Assembly: GCA_040954595.2 (NCBI GenBank)
Contig: CM082576.2
Location: 186,001 to 250,000, forward strand
Direction of reading: 5' to 3'
Length of the DNA: 64,000 nt
Source: Balanoglossus misakiensis
Taxonomy: Eukaryota > Animalia > Hemichordata
Positions within the stretch are counted from its first letter, which is position 1; the number at the start of each line of letters is the position of its first letter. Below, one piece after another: positions 48,966-63,239 of this stretch. The notes below the pieces were generated by a model. That model worked only from the letters and a program-made list of their open reading frames with translations, was not told the DNA's origin and did not search any database. The translations under genes were made by a program, and so were the position numbers.

Positions 48966-50707
48966 AGCTTGTCTTCCATCACGACATGTCAATTTCACTC
49001 AGGCATTGGAAGATGCCAGCGGTACACGCCACACCAAACAACTAATCGCGAGCGATGTTTAAATATGGTTGTTTTTCCATATCCATTGAAGAGAAATAAC
49101 CAATATATTGAGAGTGATGTTGCCTGAAGCCCCGATTGGTATTTGACATTTTTTTGGGGGGTGGGGGTGGATAGGTCACTGAGGTAGTGTACCCCAGACA
49201 GTCTAAGAGTGTACAAAGAAGGGAAAGCACAATGTCATAGTGTCAGTTTGTTAGTGTAGGTGTAATCATTTAATGTGTATAAAGTGATATGTACTTAGTT
49301 TTATGCATGTATTTTAGCGTATACGCCTACTCTTTCAATAATCAACTCAATGGAATGTTACAGTCACCTTGAAATATTTTGGCCAAGGGTAGTCACCGAT
49401 GTTTATTTATTGGTAGCGCTATTCTCTGTTTTCATCACTAAAGAACGGACATTGATAAAGTTTGTGTTGGGGTAAATTCAAATTCGCGCCCTCTTTAGTC
49501 ATATATAATTTTAAAATATAATTTGGAAGTTAGATTGCTGATTTCTAAAGTAAAGAGGGACAAAATAATTCATCGAAGTACTATAAGAGGGCGCTCTCCA
49601 TAGCAGATTTGCAAGTTGGCGCTGCTGTAAATTAATGTACACTGTACTATGATCAAGCAAAGACAAAGTGTGAACACGGTCATCAAAGCGACCTCAAGAC
49701 TTTAACATGCAGACCATTCAATATAATCTACCAAAAGCTGTTGTTAAAAGTTGTTTTTCCATTTGTTCTTGGAATGTAATTCAAGTTTCTGTTTTGTTTC
49801 TAAAATGCCACAATATTTTCCTAGCACCTAGCAATTCTCTTTGTACGAATAAAATGTAGTAGTTTTTTTAATTTTAAGACTACCATAGATTGACTCTGCA
49901 TTTAGTGGATTTTTCAGCTTTCTAAAGACCTTACTTCTAACAGGAAGAGACTTTCTCTGTTTTACAAAGTGAGTGGTATGTATTCTAAAACAGAGAGGGT
50001 GGTTGAAAAGCGCCCTCTCGAATGTTCCAGTAAGAGCTGAAAGAATGGACGCCACTTACGTTCAAGACAACATTCCTCGCATGGAATCCAGGCTAATAGC
50101 TGTAGGGTGTTGGGAATCACGTGTTGTTCAAGGCAAGCTCCGCCTACCAACTCATCTCAATTAATGTTATATACTAATTGTTTATAGATCTGATGCTATT
50201 GTCTTTTAAAAATCACAAGTTCATCATTATCACGCGCTATTGTTCATCCATTATCAAGTGTAACTAAAAGTCGGAGTTCAATCTACAGGTGAAATAAGAC
50301 AATAAAACAGAACTGCGTTTGACCTTTATATTGAAGTATTGGCCATCCCGTCCCCCGGTCATACCAAACCCATGTCCCAGGTTTACACCGTAGGCACCGG
50401 GACTTAAAATGTTTAATAGTATAAAACTATTACTTATTTGAGATGTATATATACATGTAGCTGCTAAGTTTCTTGTATTTTCAATTGAAACTCGAGCTTG
50501 TGTACAAGCTTAGGTGAAAACTCGTGAATTTTGGTCAGTTTGCTCATTATAAATTATCGAATCCCTGTGCATATTCACTAGATAACTCTCGACATCGGCC
50601 ACTCCACAAGTGGAGCAGCAGAAGAGTGCATTATGCTTCCAGGTAACAGGTAATCATGGACAGAATAATAATTGTGGCTTGTCCAGCGTATCATTGTTGC
50701 GGGTGTA

Positions 50708-50721
50708 CGCCCTCTAGTGGC
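50708..50721 (-). promoter_or_regulatory. CTCF-like motif
   Basis: The reverse complement reads GCCACTAGAGGGCG, matching the CTCF core consensus CCASYAGRKGGCR. Motif match only. Confidence 0.4.
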
Positions 50722-53700
50722 AGAGCTGTTCACCCTTCAGAACTTGACAGAAGCGATCGGTTCGCGCATCGGCCAGCATGCAGCAGTATACATATTGTCG
50801 TCGCCAAATTGAAGTAATCTCATTGATTACATATGGCTGCTTCATTCACGTCATGACTATCAATGCCATTTTATTAAGTATTCGCTAAAATTTATTTCAA
50901 TACACGAAAGTAATCTACAATATTTTTAATTCACGGAAATGACCAGCGTGTCACATTGACGTGACGACCGACTGGGAGATTGTATTTCACGACGAGATGT
51001 TTTTTCATTACTTTATTATCATCCAATTAATTACAAATTCTGTTATATTGGTTTTACAATATCCCAGTCTAATTGATCCTTTTGTTAATTTCCTATTGCT
51101 GTAACACATGATACATTACCCCAAAGTTAATTTTGCGCTGACCGAAATGTAGAATGTCGCTGGGCGTATGATCGCACAGCGCAATTGTCACTTGGGTTCT
51201 TCTTTCCGATGCATTGGTTTCAAATTGCAAGGAGCGTGTAACTGCAGTCAATTTCTAGCAAAATACATTTCACTCTGCAAACTATCGAATTGCTGGCCAT
51301 CTGACATCCGCTTGACTCCGAAGTCTCACGACAGTTACAAGAGAGAGGATTTGAAATGACAGAGTGACATACGACACCAGTTGTCATGTCTTTTTTTGTT
51401 TTTAGTTAGATGAGCTCTAAAACGATTCCTTGACCCCACTCCGGAGAGGTGAAATTGTTGGTGTTCCATTGCTGTCTATGTTGCTGTTGTTTTTGTTCTG
51501 CCGCCGATGTTGTTGCTGCTGCTGATGATGATGATGGATGGTAATCATGAGAACGTGACTACGTGATTTTTTTTCGCGGGCTTTAAGAACTTTCGGAGAC
51601 TATGAGTGATGCACTCGCTTGTCGTCAAGTAGGATGGCGATTGAAAATTTTTATTTTCGGGATATACTTCAGTTGTCATTGATTGTGACGGAAATCATGA
51701 CACTGGTCTGAGAAAGTCAATTTTCTGAATCGTCATCATTATCATGAATTCTTTTCAGTTTCAGCTTATACATAATAACAATATCAACGATGTTATGTCT
51801 TACATACCAAATATCCCAATTTTGAATACATATGACATAATAGTGTGCATCAATCTAGGCGTTAGCTTCAATTGTGTAAATCAATTGAGAGGATAAAACC
51901 ATAGATAATGCGATTGGTTAATTGTAAAAAAAATGCACGACACAATTATCGAGTGTCTGGCAACATGGTGCCTAAGTGTATAAGTCCGATGTATCCCTAT
52001 AGGGCCTAAGTGTATCTGGCTGTTTGAATCCGATATATCCATTCACTACGACAAGTCAATCTCGTTATCATCTTCAACGATGCCATTTGAAATATTATGA
52101 TGCCATACCAAAATATCAAAATGTTAGTGAAAGCACGAAAAGGGACAAATAGAAAAGTAGTTTAAAACCACATAACTGAAAATAGCCCTCCTTAAATGAT
52201 TAAAAATAAATGCTGCTCTCGCCTCAGAAGTTTCTCCTCCCATTTATCACTGGTTTACCCTTAAAGTGGTTGTAAGTCATTCAAACATCAACTTATAGAT
52301 TTCAAATAGGCTATCTCGTTATTGTACCCCTGGCACAATTTCGAGTCGAAAAAGCGACTCTTTATGTTTTCAAAAACGATGCGTTGATATATCATCTGCC
52401 CGTCATATCACTTCGGAAGAGAAATGAAGCAGATTGCCGCCAGTCGACAAGCAAGGATGTTTGCTATCGTGTAATAGCGTTGTCACTGATTAAAACGGAT
52501 AAGCAGTGACAGCGTGACCTTGAGGTATAATCACGATGGCACTGTCCCTGAAGAAGGAAAATATGCCAATTTTGTTCTGTCGCTTGCCTGGTAGTTGGTC
52601 CAACTCTGATCAAGGAATGTCATGTTCAAATAATGTACTGTAATCGCTTATATGAGTGGATTATATTTAAGTGGCAAAAGTTTTCATGTACCTGACCCAA
52701 ACATAGTTTTTTTCTATGTTTTTTTTGTTAGCCTTCATTTCTGATTGACCTTTTTATCAAAGGTCAGCCATGGAGGTGAGATTGCCAGAGATTGATCAAT
52801 CACACCACGAAGTTAAAGTGAATGTACAAGCGACTTTATAAATAGCGGCATTTGCTTTGCGTTGATAGTCATTAAGGTGACTGTGACAGAAAGGAACATT
52901 TCTCAGAATATCCCTATCGTTTGATGTGCCAGTGTTTATATGCAGATGTGACTCAACTGTGACGAAACCTTCATGAATTCTCACTTTTGAAAAAAATCAG
53001 AAATCTTAATCCGTCAAGAGGCGTACTGACTATGGTACGAAATATGAACTGGCTTGTCACTCAAAACTCGGTTTGTCTAAAAGTTTTTTTCAGTTATACT
53101 GTGGTTGAGAGAGAGACAGAGAGAGAGACAGAGACAAACAGACGCATACGTCACGTGATCATACACTTACGTCATGACGTGCGTATACCATGGTCTGGGT
53201 CAAGTCCAACAGGTGGCTCAGAATCAATCGTCTCTCTAGTCACCTCGTATTGTTCTGCATTTTACCAAAAATCGTTGTAATGATTTAAATGCACCGCTCT
53301 TAACATTGACATTGTGTGCATAGAAAATATAGAGTGATGTAATTGAGTCTACAGTTGAGCCATAACTCTTATCCATGCCCTGAGCCAATGTAAGCGTTGC
53401 TTTGCTAACCCATAACACAGCATATCTGGAAAGTATCTTATGTTACGGCGACGGATTTTGTTATTGCAACATGTCAAAACTCCGTTGTCTGCATTGTACA
53501 TTCATTCCCAGATATCCGCATGGCTTCTCAATGTGGTAAACGCAGACGTAACTGGTCCTAGACACTTCTGCTCTTTCTCATAATCATGTTTTGTTTAACA
53601 AAACAAAATTGGCCAAAATAATGTCAACAGATCGCGACTTTCCATTCTTGCCTCGTTAAATCCAAGCGATTATTAGTCACAGATGCGGTTACGAGTTTGT

Positions 53701-56700
53701 GTTGTAATCAAAACCCAGTGATTGTACTTGATCAATCGAGTGTAAGACGTGTCCTTTAGTTGTAGATATCTAATTATGACTGTATCTCTCGTAATCACTC
53801 TGTTCCTCAATTATTAACCCCCTTTACATACGCTCTCGAAGACGCATTCATTTGTTGCATCTTTTAAATCTGTTTAATTGGACTGGTGCAAAAATATTGC
53901 TGAAAATTTTACAATAATACTGTTTACCAGACGTGAAGAAAGCGGGAAAACGGAAATAATTTCGATTATCATTTACCCGTGAATGCATCTAATTATTAAC
54001 GGCGCCAAATACTACTAAATACTAGTAATAGAAAACTAATTCTGGCTAAAAACGAGAAATATTATTGAGGCCGATTGTATTATTAACAGAAAGTGATGCG
54101 GCAATCAGACACGCAAAATGAGATGATCGCAGTAATTACTGATGTGCCTTACATTCAAATTAAAAACTGATAAATCATTCGACTGGTATGCACATCACGT
54201 TCCTATAATTTGGGAAAATTTCCGAAAGACGGCGAAACCTGCTGGAAATTCTGCTGGCTGGATCAAACGTAGTTTAGACAATAAGCCCACAAGAGTAGCA
54301 ATATGTGTAATTGTTTCCCATCCATAGCTTATTTCGTCGTTTTTGTTTCTTTTCATGGCTTTATTCTCAAGCTGGTAACATACTGGTTTACCATAGTCCT
54401 TCCGGAAGCCATTTTCAGCAAAATGATAATAGGCATTTGCATCTGGTCGCTCGGATTTGTTTTTAGATGGCCCGAGGGATAGACGTGAGGCGAATTGAAA
54501 TGAAGACTTAAAACAGTGAACTTGGCACAGCTTGCCCCGTTTGTTTATTCTGGTGTGTTCCGAAAGTGTTTGGTTGGGGGAGGAGGGGAGAATAGCCATC
54601 TTTAGGAAAGACGTCACGGAATATGAAAAGGTGCGTTCATCTTGGCAAATATCAATGTTTACATGTATTCATCTAGGGCGATGTAATGGCCCACCCACCG
54701 CTTAGTGTCCATTGGCACGAGTTCGCAATCAAAACCATCGTGTCCACCCTACTGTATAGTGTCGTTGGAAGAACAGCGAAATTACATTCCCCAACCTTTC
54801 TATGAGAGTTCCATAGTAACTGTATGGGCAACGAGACCTGAAAAGGGAGCTTTCTTCTTTTGAGAAACTAGAAAGCCCTTTCTCACGGTTGCTGACTCGC
54901 CCTCTTTTCAATCGAAGAAATTAGTCCCCGACAAAACATAATTAAAAACTTTAAACACACAAATCACTTTATTAAACATGACAATAAACCGTTCAATTTG
55001 CTTTTAGTGTGTGTTCAGTTCGGTTGATTGCACAGAATGAAAGTGTTTTGCTTGTTCCTATTAGTGGGCTCCATTGTCTCGCCATTCCCACCGAAAAGAC
55101 TGGCTTTCATCAAGCGCAAACAGTGTTATTTTAACCCCGCGTTGCACTGGCGAGTCTGACAATCGGGGCGAAGTTTCATTCAAAACTTCTCTATAACACT
55201 CCTACAGAAATGAAAGCAATTTTCCTTTTATTGGGGCTAGTGAGACTGGCCACCGTGGCGGACTGTAAGCTGCAACGCTTTTTTCGGACCATTGAGTATG
55301 AAACAAAACTGTGGTGGCTTCGTTGAGTGGACGGCTGCGTGGCTCGGCGTTTCCGAGTGGCGGCTCAGCGGTATGCCATGCCATCTGCGTGGCACGTGAA
55401 ATGGTGCAGTGCGCGCGCGTTTCGTGGTCTCCGGTCGAAAGACGCTCGGTAATGTTACTAATCGAAGGAAACGGACACGATTATATCAATAAGGACGTAT
55501 ATACATATCTATGTTATGGATACCGTCGGACTGCATGTAGGACACGCGAACAATTATGTTTTTGTGATAATTGGCAATAATACCTACACTTTCTTTGCAT
55601 TGTCCAAAGCCTGACAAGTGTATTTCACGAAAAGTGGTGACTGTAAGTCGGATGTGGGTATGATGAGTGCGACAGCTCGATGATGAGACGGTACTGAGTT
55701 CTGTCTGACAATCGTTGCAAGCTATTGGAAACACAAAACGAATGGTTAACAGTTTTGCAAGTTGCTTTAAAAAATAATCAACTGAATTTCGTATTGATTT
55801 CACAGCTTCTATTATATTTTTATTTTAAGTATTTGACTGGATCCTTGTTTCAATAATTACAAATGAGAAATCACTTTCATCTATCATTAACGAATATGTT
55901 GCAACATGTTGAAATGATTTCGGCCAGAAATAACTTCAATTCAATTGTTCTACAATCATTGTCACTATAACGATGGAAAAAGCTATACTGAAAACGACTA
56001 CAACAACGAATTTATTATGATATCAGTGTGCGTCCGTTTGACTCAAAGGACTAGCTTTGTTGTGATACGCCTTCCAACTTCGAGTTTTGCGGGTCATGAG
56101 TTCATTCCAGGTTTATTCCGTCGGTTCCGTTATGCATGGTTGAGCCGCCCCAGACACGGCATATACGTGAAACTATCCACCGTGATCAAACCCAAGGTAG
56201 TTTTTGCTGTTCATGCTTTCTGTTATCGTTGACATTGCGTTGTCCTTTCAGCAGACGGAGACCAGGATGCTGTGTCACCGCTGAAGGATACCCGCAGTCG
56301 CCTTGCACCGGGTGTTTATATGACCGCACTTGTTACAACTGAGCGCCGTACGCTTCGAGCTCTCATCACAGCGACGAGTAAAGGTTACTTGTTATAACAG
56401 AGACCCTAGAGAAACTAGGGTCTATGGTTATATTCATTTCCCTTGTGGCATCCACTTCTCCCCAGTATCGGCCCCACTTCCTGAAAAGTTAATTGCACCA
56501 CAATCGGAGAACAAAAGGAAGACGCCAAAACCTATTCGGGGTGTGAAAAATGTTACCTTCGGTGAGCATTGCAAACACTACAGACTAAATTAGTTAGTCT
56601 TGACAAAGACTGACAGTGTTTGTCAACCTATTGTATTAGCCATCAAATTTATTGAAACCGATTCACTGCTCCACTTTAATGCTTTCTTCAACATGTTGGT

Positions 56701-56829
56701 TCTGACACTTGACTTATGTGCTTATTAATGTTCTTCATTGCAAAGACATTAACGCGAGATGTGGACCCTAATTACCGCGAACAAAGACTTGCTGCAAACG
56801 GACAATAAACACATGTGCGAATACACAGA

Positions 56830-56961
56830 TCAACTGGTGGTCGGAACACAAACGCTTCTGGCTTTCTTCCTCACGCTCATGGCTTCACATTTAGTCTGGA
56901 TTCGAAGGCAAACTTGATTTCGTCTCACTTGCACATCAATCCTCACCTCCGACAGGTATAT
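56830..56961 (-). CDS. Weak candidate terminal coding exon of an unidentified spliced gene
   Basis: Minus-strand acceptor ttttcttcttatttcAG, then 43 open codons (IYLSEVRIDVQVRRNQVCLRIQTKCEAMSVRKKARSVCVPTTS*) and a minus-strand AATAAA at 56648-56653. No upstream exon could be linked. Confidence 0.2.
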   Translation of the reverse strand: MYLSEVRIDVQVRRNQVCLRIQTKCEAMSVRKKARSVCVPTTS

Positions 56962-59900
56962 CTGAAATAAGAAGAAAAATGTTAGAAAATGAAAAAACTA
57001 GACCTGAAAGTCTACAAACAATGCGACGACATTTTCTGTTATTTTTGTTTTACTCGACAAAAACTTGACTGACGCCATTGATGTGAATACGTCCACGGAA
57101 CAATTTTGATGTCGACGAAAAATTATAAGTGGGCTTTATTAAAAAAAAAGCGTTTGATTGCAACGTAATAGTCAGCATTTCACCTTGTGGCAGTTTGCAG
57201 AACTCTCACGAATGTCTATGAAAATAATGACAAAATGGTCGTGATTTTATTCTTTAAAGTATAGCGAGCTGCCATTCCAGTTATGTTCCAATTGTTGCGG
57301 AATTGTTGAATCACTGTGTCGAGATTCTAACGATTTCTTGGCGGTTTTTAGCACGCGACAATAGATCAAAACATAGGAACAGCGGGAGAATTCCACTATA
57401 CCTATTTCTCATGGAGTAACACTGCCACGTGCATAAATTGTTCAGTGATTAAATGGGAATATCCTATCCCCGGGAGAGAGGGTGATCCCTGAGCAAGTAT
57501 TTCGAATGTAGACCGAAGTCGCCATCCCCGATAGACATTAAGCCACATTGTCGTTCCTTTCAATCTGCATGGTGAATACGCACACTGTGAAACAACTGAG
57601 CGTTATAGGGAGCAGTATCATCTGACAGACACATCTTCGGTCAGTGGCAACGAATCATAGAGCTTCCACACAGACAAACAATGCAAAACTATTAAAAGCA
57701 TGATGGATGTTCATATCGTGTCCATTCCGTCGATGAAACGAGCAACAATGCCAAATCATAGAGGATTGATTAAGAGCATCAGAACAGACGAGCACTGTCA
57801 CGTATCGTCCTTAATGGCCTGTGAAATGGATAGGAGGTACACCTGCCGATTTTTCCATTGCAACACTAAAATGCATTAAACTTACCCCAACAAGGATATA
57901 AGTAGAATGCTAAAAGTCAGTCATAATTCACGCAACCCCGTGTCGTTTGTCGCTAAGATATCTAACATTACCCGAAGATTGTTATCAGCCTCTTGCTCTT
58001 TAAAAGGGGTTTCGGGTAAGTATCGTTCGGTGTGGAGAGTGGGTTTAATTTCACGCACACGGATGCAAGATACACGCAAGAACTTTTTATTCATAAATAA
58101 TTTATTGCCTATTTATTTTTTCGACATTGAAGATTTTCTTTGCGTGCGTGTTCATCAACAAGATGAATAACTTTTAGAAATCTCGCGGGCGACATTTTGT
58201 GTGTTGATGATCTGGCAAGGAACTATTCCGCCGAGCTCGTGACCGTTTTTTATACGATTGGAATATCAAATAGACGGCAGCACGTTTCACCTTATATCCC
58301 GGGAGGTTGATTGTTTGCCGAGATGTTTATGCACAAAATCGAGCAACTCAATAACCCAAATGGAAAAAGTAAACCTCGGGTGGCCTGACAAACAAAGCGA
58401 TGTTGACACTGTTCGCTAAATGCAGTATGTTGTATTGATATCCCCCTCTAAATTTATTTGCTCAAGACATGTGCGCCATTATTATTTGCAAAATTGGTAA
58501 ATACGTTGTCCTAATATGTTTACTAACAGACTTTGATCATTGCTAAGGGAATCTTGGTGATAAAATAGCGACACATTGCCCAGCTCTTCAAGAATTATTA
58601 AAACGTTAACCCCGGTGGGGAAAACTGTGCGGTAGGAGGAGTCTGCTGATCGGCGAGTTACGGACAAGAAAATAGCATGCAAAGAAAGTGAGGTAGGAAT
58701 CATTCTGAGAATTGTAGGGTCATAAGAAGAGAAAACCTGAAATGGAAATATCAGAAATCGACAAGCGCCCGGGAACAACGGACGTCGCAATCGATACCGT
58801 CTTTCAAATGTTACAAATGGAAAATGGGTTTCTCTACAGAAATTCAAACTAGCGCATGAGTGGTGTTCGTTTCGTTGTCAATTACGACAGCAGCGACGTC
58901 GCATTGCTACCTTTGATTGGCACGTCGCTAATAAAGTCCTATCGATCGATCTGCGTTGGGTTTGAGCTTTTTTTTTCAAAAAGCACGGAGTTTAATAACA
59001 CAGCACTGTTGTGAGCCGCGGTGGCTTAATGGGGCTTCTCAATTCAACAACTAATTTGAATTTATTCAAGCTACAACATGTGCTCTATTGATGAATAATT
59101 GCAGCCGATTTTTGTTATTTAACAAAATAAAATAATAAATACGACTATTAGCAAAATAGGAGATATTATTTGAAGCTAGACACAGCAATAGGCTGTAGTC
59201 CAAAATGTATTAAAATAGCCCGGATGCGTGCACAGCCAACCAGCTCTTTTATTATTGTTAAATTAAGCGTTTCAGTGGAAAATTGCAATGATCATGCGGT
59301 TATTTGATTTTTGTAATGAATTCAGTGGCAAGCATGTAATATGGGCTTGTTCTACTTTGTAGTCGACTCTCTGTCGTGTAATCGTAATTATACGGTTTAC
59401 AACTAATCATGTCGTTTTACTAACATCACGGATCAATTTCACCCATACCAGTCAAATCTCACAAAACGTTTTTTGTAAAAGAAAGTTGCACATTTCAACA
59501 TATACATGCATCGGTGCTCTTTTATTATATTTAACAGGGGTTATATAGTCTAGTTGCTTGAATCGTGTATGTCCGTCATATATTTTGAGATAAGTTCAAG
59601 TTGCACATGGACGCTTCTCTGTACCAATTATATAAGACAGCTCAAATAAAGGTTGTATGCCGTAATTGGCGCACATTTCTCAGTTGGACATTTATTCTGA
59701 GAAACCGAGTCCAAATACATGACATCTGGAGAAGAGTGTTCCAGAGAATAAAAATTAAGTCTGAGCACGTTACGAATGTTTATGGAACTTTTCTCATAGC
59801 ACATAGTCCTTACTGATGTATCACATTTTTCGGATATATTTCCTTTTGTTTCATATTATTTTCACATTCTACTCTACGCCCTTATAACCCCATGACGTCA

Positions 59901-60380
59901 AAGATTTGGTAGTCTCTGTTGAACATGTTTCGGGCAGCAGCCACAGCTTGAAATCTCACCAAAACCCAACCTCGCCGAAATTATTGTTTTATTTACAACG
60001 ACATGACGAACTCGAATTTTACTGTTTCATTATGCAACGTTGCATGCAAAATTCGGTCATCGCGTCGACGCTATGGAATTCAACTTGTTCGTATGAATGA
60101 GTAAATTGACTGATATTCTGTTCATGGACAATTTCCCACCAAATTGCAAATCTAAACAACTGTGTTTTCATATCCTATTCACGATACTTCCAGAACTGAC
60201 ACATCCAATTTGTTTTCCATTTAACATTTAGAACAGTGTCAATATGGACCGATATCAACCGTAATTACCGAATTGAGTCTAAGTTGCCGCGAATTTGACG
60301 TCTCGGCTAGCGGCTCAGTTCCGGTGTTATGAGACATTGTTACGAGCCATGGTATATGTTTATGAATACGACATGTCTCG

Positions 60381-60391
60381 GAGGGAGGGAG

Positions 60392-60425
<34 letters not shown>

Positions 60426-60426
60426 A
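60381..60426. repeat. Compound (GAGG)/(AG)n/(ACAG)n microsatellite
   Basis: Read directly from the sequence. Confidence 0.85.
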
Positions 60427-63217
60427 ACATACACCCCATGCACCACGTGATCAAATCGGTATCAGATTTCCGTGCCAATAAAAATATAAAATAATCCCAT
60501 CTATTGCCATATTTTGTCATCCTTTAAAACACAGTTTGTGTTTAAAATAATAGTGATAGTAATGATAACAACAATAGACAGAAAATAACAGCCGTGGAAC
60601 TGTTGTGGATTGACGAAAATTGTTGTCTTAATTAATTTTACAAAAAATAAAGTTTGTCGTCCTGCAAAAAGCAGGAGCGGTATGTCGTAATTCTAGAATT
60701 TCTAACATTTGGATACAGTTCAACACATGGAACCATAACAAGATCAATGTGACACAATGTAAAATTAATTAATGTATTAATTAATAGAATTGATGACACG
60801 TAGTAATTACTAAACACTCTCAATATGAAATTTGCCCGCAGCTTTTATGCTCATACATGTTTATCGGTCATTTAACAGTTCTCTGGATCTTTTATGCGCC
60901 TGTGCATTAATTTTGTCGTTTTTTTTATTCGCCCCACAGTTTCAACTCGTCCTGCCATGGCTCGCCTGTAAAGCTCGGTTGATGGGAGTTATATATAGAT
61001 GCATTGACACATCTGATGGAGAAAATATCGGTTTGGCTGAATAACGATACTATCAAGTTACATGGCACCAAGCACACAACACGTTCAACATGTCACTGCA
61101 GCAGCCGTGGTGTCAAACATGGATGGGCTGTTAAAGCTGTTACCGACATGACTAATCGCTGTATAACTTTCCAACGACTGTTCTGAAAATGGCATAATTG
61201 CAAGGATTGTTTCCCTTTTTAACCTGCACAATTGTACTGCTTCAAATACACTGAACAGTTTCCCGGCTGTTGACTGGTTGTTTTAAACTACGCACGTGCA
61301 CAAAGCGCATGGCTCCTTCCGAAATATTTTTCTCATTTCTATGAGGTTTCTGCATACACGATTTAAAGTACACGATTTTTCGGACGTTACGGTATGTGTA
61401 AAATCGAAAGTGTATTTCAATAGAGAAGTGAAAAAATCATCTTCATTGATTGTATAACCTTGGAAATTGAGCTGCTTCGTATGCTAGCTCCTTCTGTGGT
61501 AGCTCATGGGATGATGAACATGCATTGACGGCAATGAACAGTTTTTGTCCAAAACAAATGTTTCCAAAGACGCATTGTGTTCTATTGAAAGTAATACTGT
61601 TCTACAGTACCTGTGTCGACTATAGACGTTGATGTGACCATCTGGCAACGCGAATTTGCAGAAGCGATGAGCCGATTGACATCCGCGGGAGTGTACAAGC
61701 TATCCCGTTGCGATCTTCGGAGAGCGCTGTCGAAAGTCCGTCCGATCCGCGCTGGCAAACGTTGTTTTGTACGATCATATAATAAAACTTATTTGCTGAT
61801 CGGTTGACGCGGGCGCACAGTAAACAAAACAACAATGCTTAAGCACACAAAATGGCGGGGCCTGCTATAGTAATTGAGCCATTACTTACATTATCGTTTT
61901 CTTTCAAGAACCTTAATAATGTACAAACAAAAATCAATGATAGTTGAGGAAAGTGTTAGTTGATGAGGCCAAACGAGACCAACGGGTCAGTCAACAATGT
62001 CTATCAACCCACTACGTCAGTGATACGACAGGAAAATCGAACATCATGACGATTTTCTAGCGACCAGATTTTGTGAGATTTTAATTTGTGTATCAGTTCA
62101 TGATCAGTTCGGCTTTTTGTCTTTTTCCTTTGAGTTACCCGTCCTATAGACGAAGGTGTGAAACTGTGTTACGTTCGATCCGTCTACGGCTATTGTCTAT
62201 GAATGGAACTTCCCCCCGGAGACTAATAGCTTCTATTAGTGCACAATAACCTGTGTTTATCCTACGTCTCCCGTTCACGCAGTATTATTACCAATCCCCA
62301 CACGCAGAATCGGAATCAGCTACTAGTATCTTTGGGCAAAACAGAAAAAATGACATGAGAAATCCAGTAACCGTTTTAATTATTCTCTTTGTTTTTATTG
62401 AAAAGTACGCGGGCATCGTTGCCTGATGGTCATATCTTTCGATACGAGCAACGACGTCATTGCAGCGAAAGAAAATGAGTCGTTGGACGATTACCTGCTC
62501 CAAAGAAGCTTAGGGGCGGTTTCTTTATGGGGTTTACATGTGGTTGGTCCGGACATAATTGCTGCTGCTTCGTATTTTTGCAAGCGATTCAAAGGCAAAT
62601 TGGGTTCAAATACAGTTACAATGGCGTTTAGTGGTCTTCACCGTTGTCGCGTATAAACTTGCCAGTTTTTACATCCACTTCAGAAAAGCCCTCAAAAGTG
62701 GTTCATTACCGAGAGGACCGATTAGCCATAGACGTTAAGTATGTTAAAAGCTTTCCCTTTCAGTGTGTTCGACCACAGATAGCCGGGCACCAGAACAATT
62801 CCGTGAACAGGAGCTCCTACAAAAGATGACAATTTCTATTGTACCCTCATCAAAATAAACGGTGTGGCCATATACTGCCGGCTGTGTCTGAGATCTTTGC
62901 TTCTGGCGAAAGTGATGTTCTACTATTCGAAACAAAAACCAACAATTTGAGACTCCCAGAGAGTGACGATAAATGCAGAATCACGATAAGATAACGTGAT
63001 TCTCATAGACCTGACAGAATTTGCTGCCATTTGTACAAATTCAAACTTCATCGTTCAACTTGCATCTACATCGGTGGAGGCGGGTCGTGGGGCTATGAGA
63101 GGTCACACGGTGACACCCCATCACATTAAATACTTCATCATACAAAATTGGATAATTTTGGTCAATTACTTAAAAAGAAGCAAACCGACCTGATTACAGA
63201 TGTGATCGCGAGTCCCT

Positions 63218-63239
63218 GTTGCTATGACAACACCAATCA
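63218..63239. promoter_or_regulatory. RFX X-box-like site adjacent to a CCAAT box
   Basis: GTTGCTATGACAAC 63218-63231, then CCAATCA 63233-63239. Confidence 0.4.
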
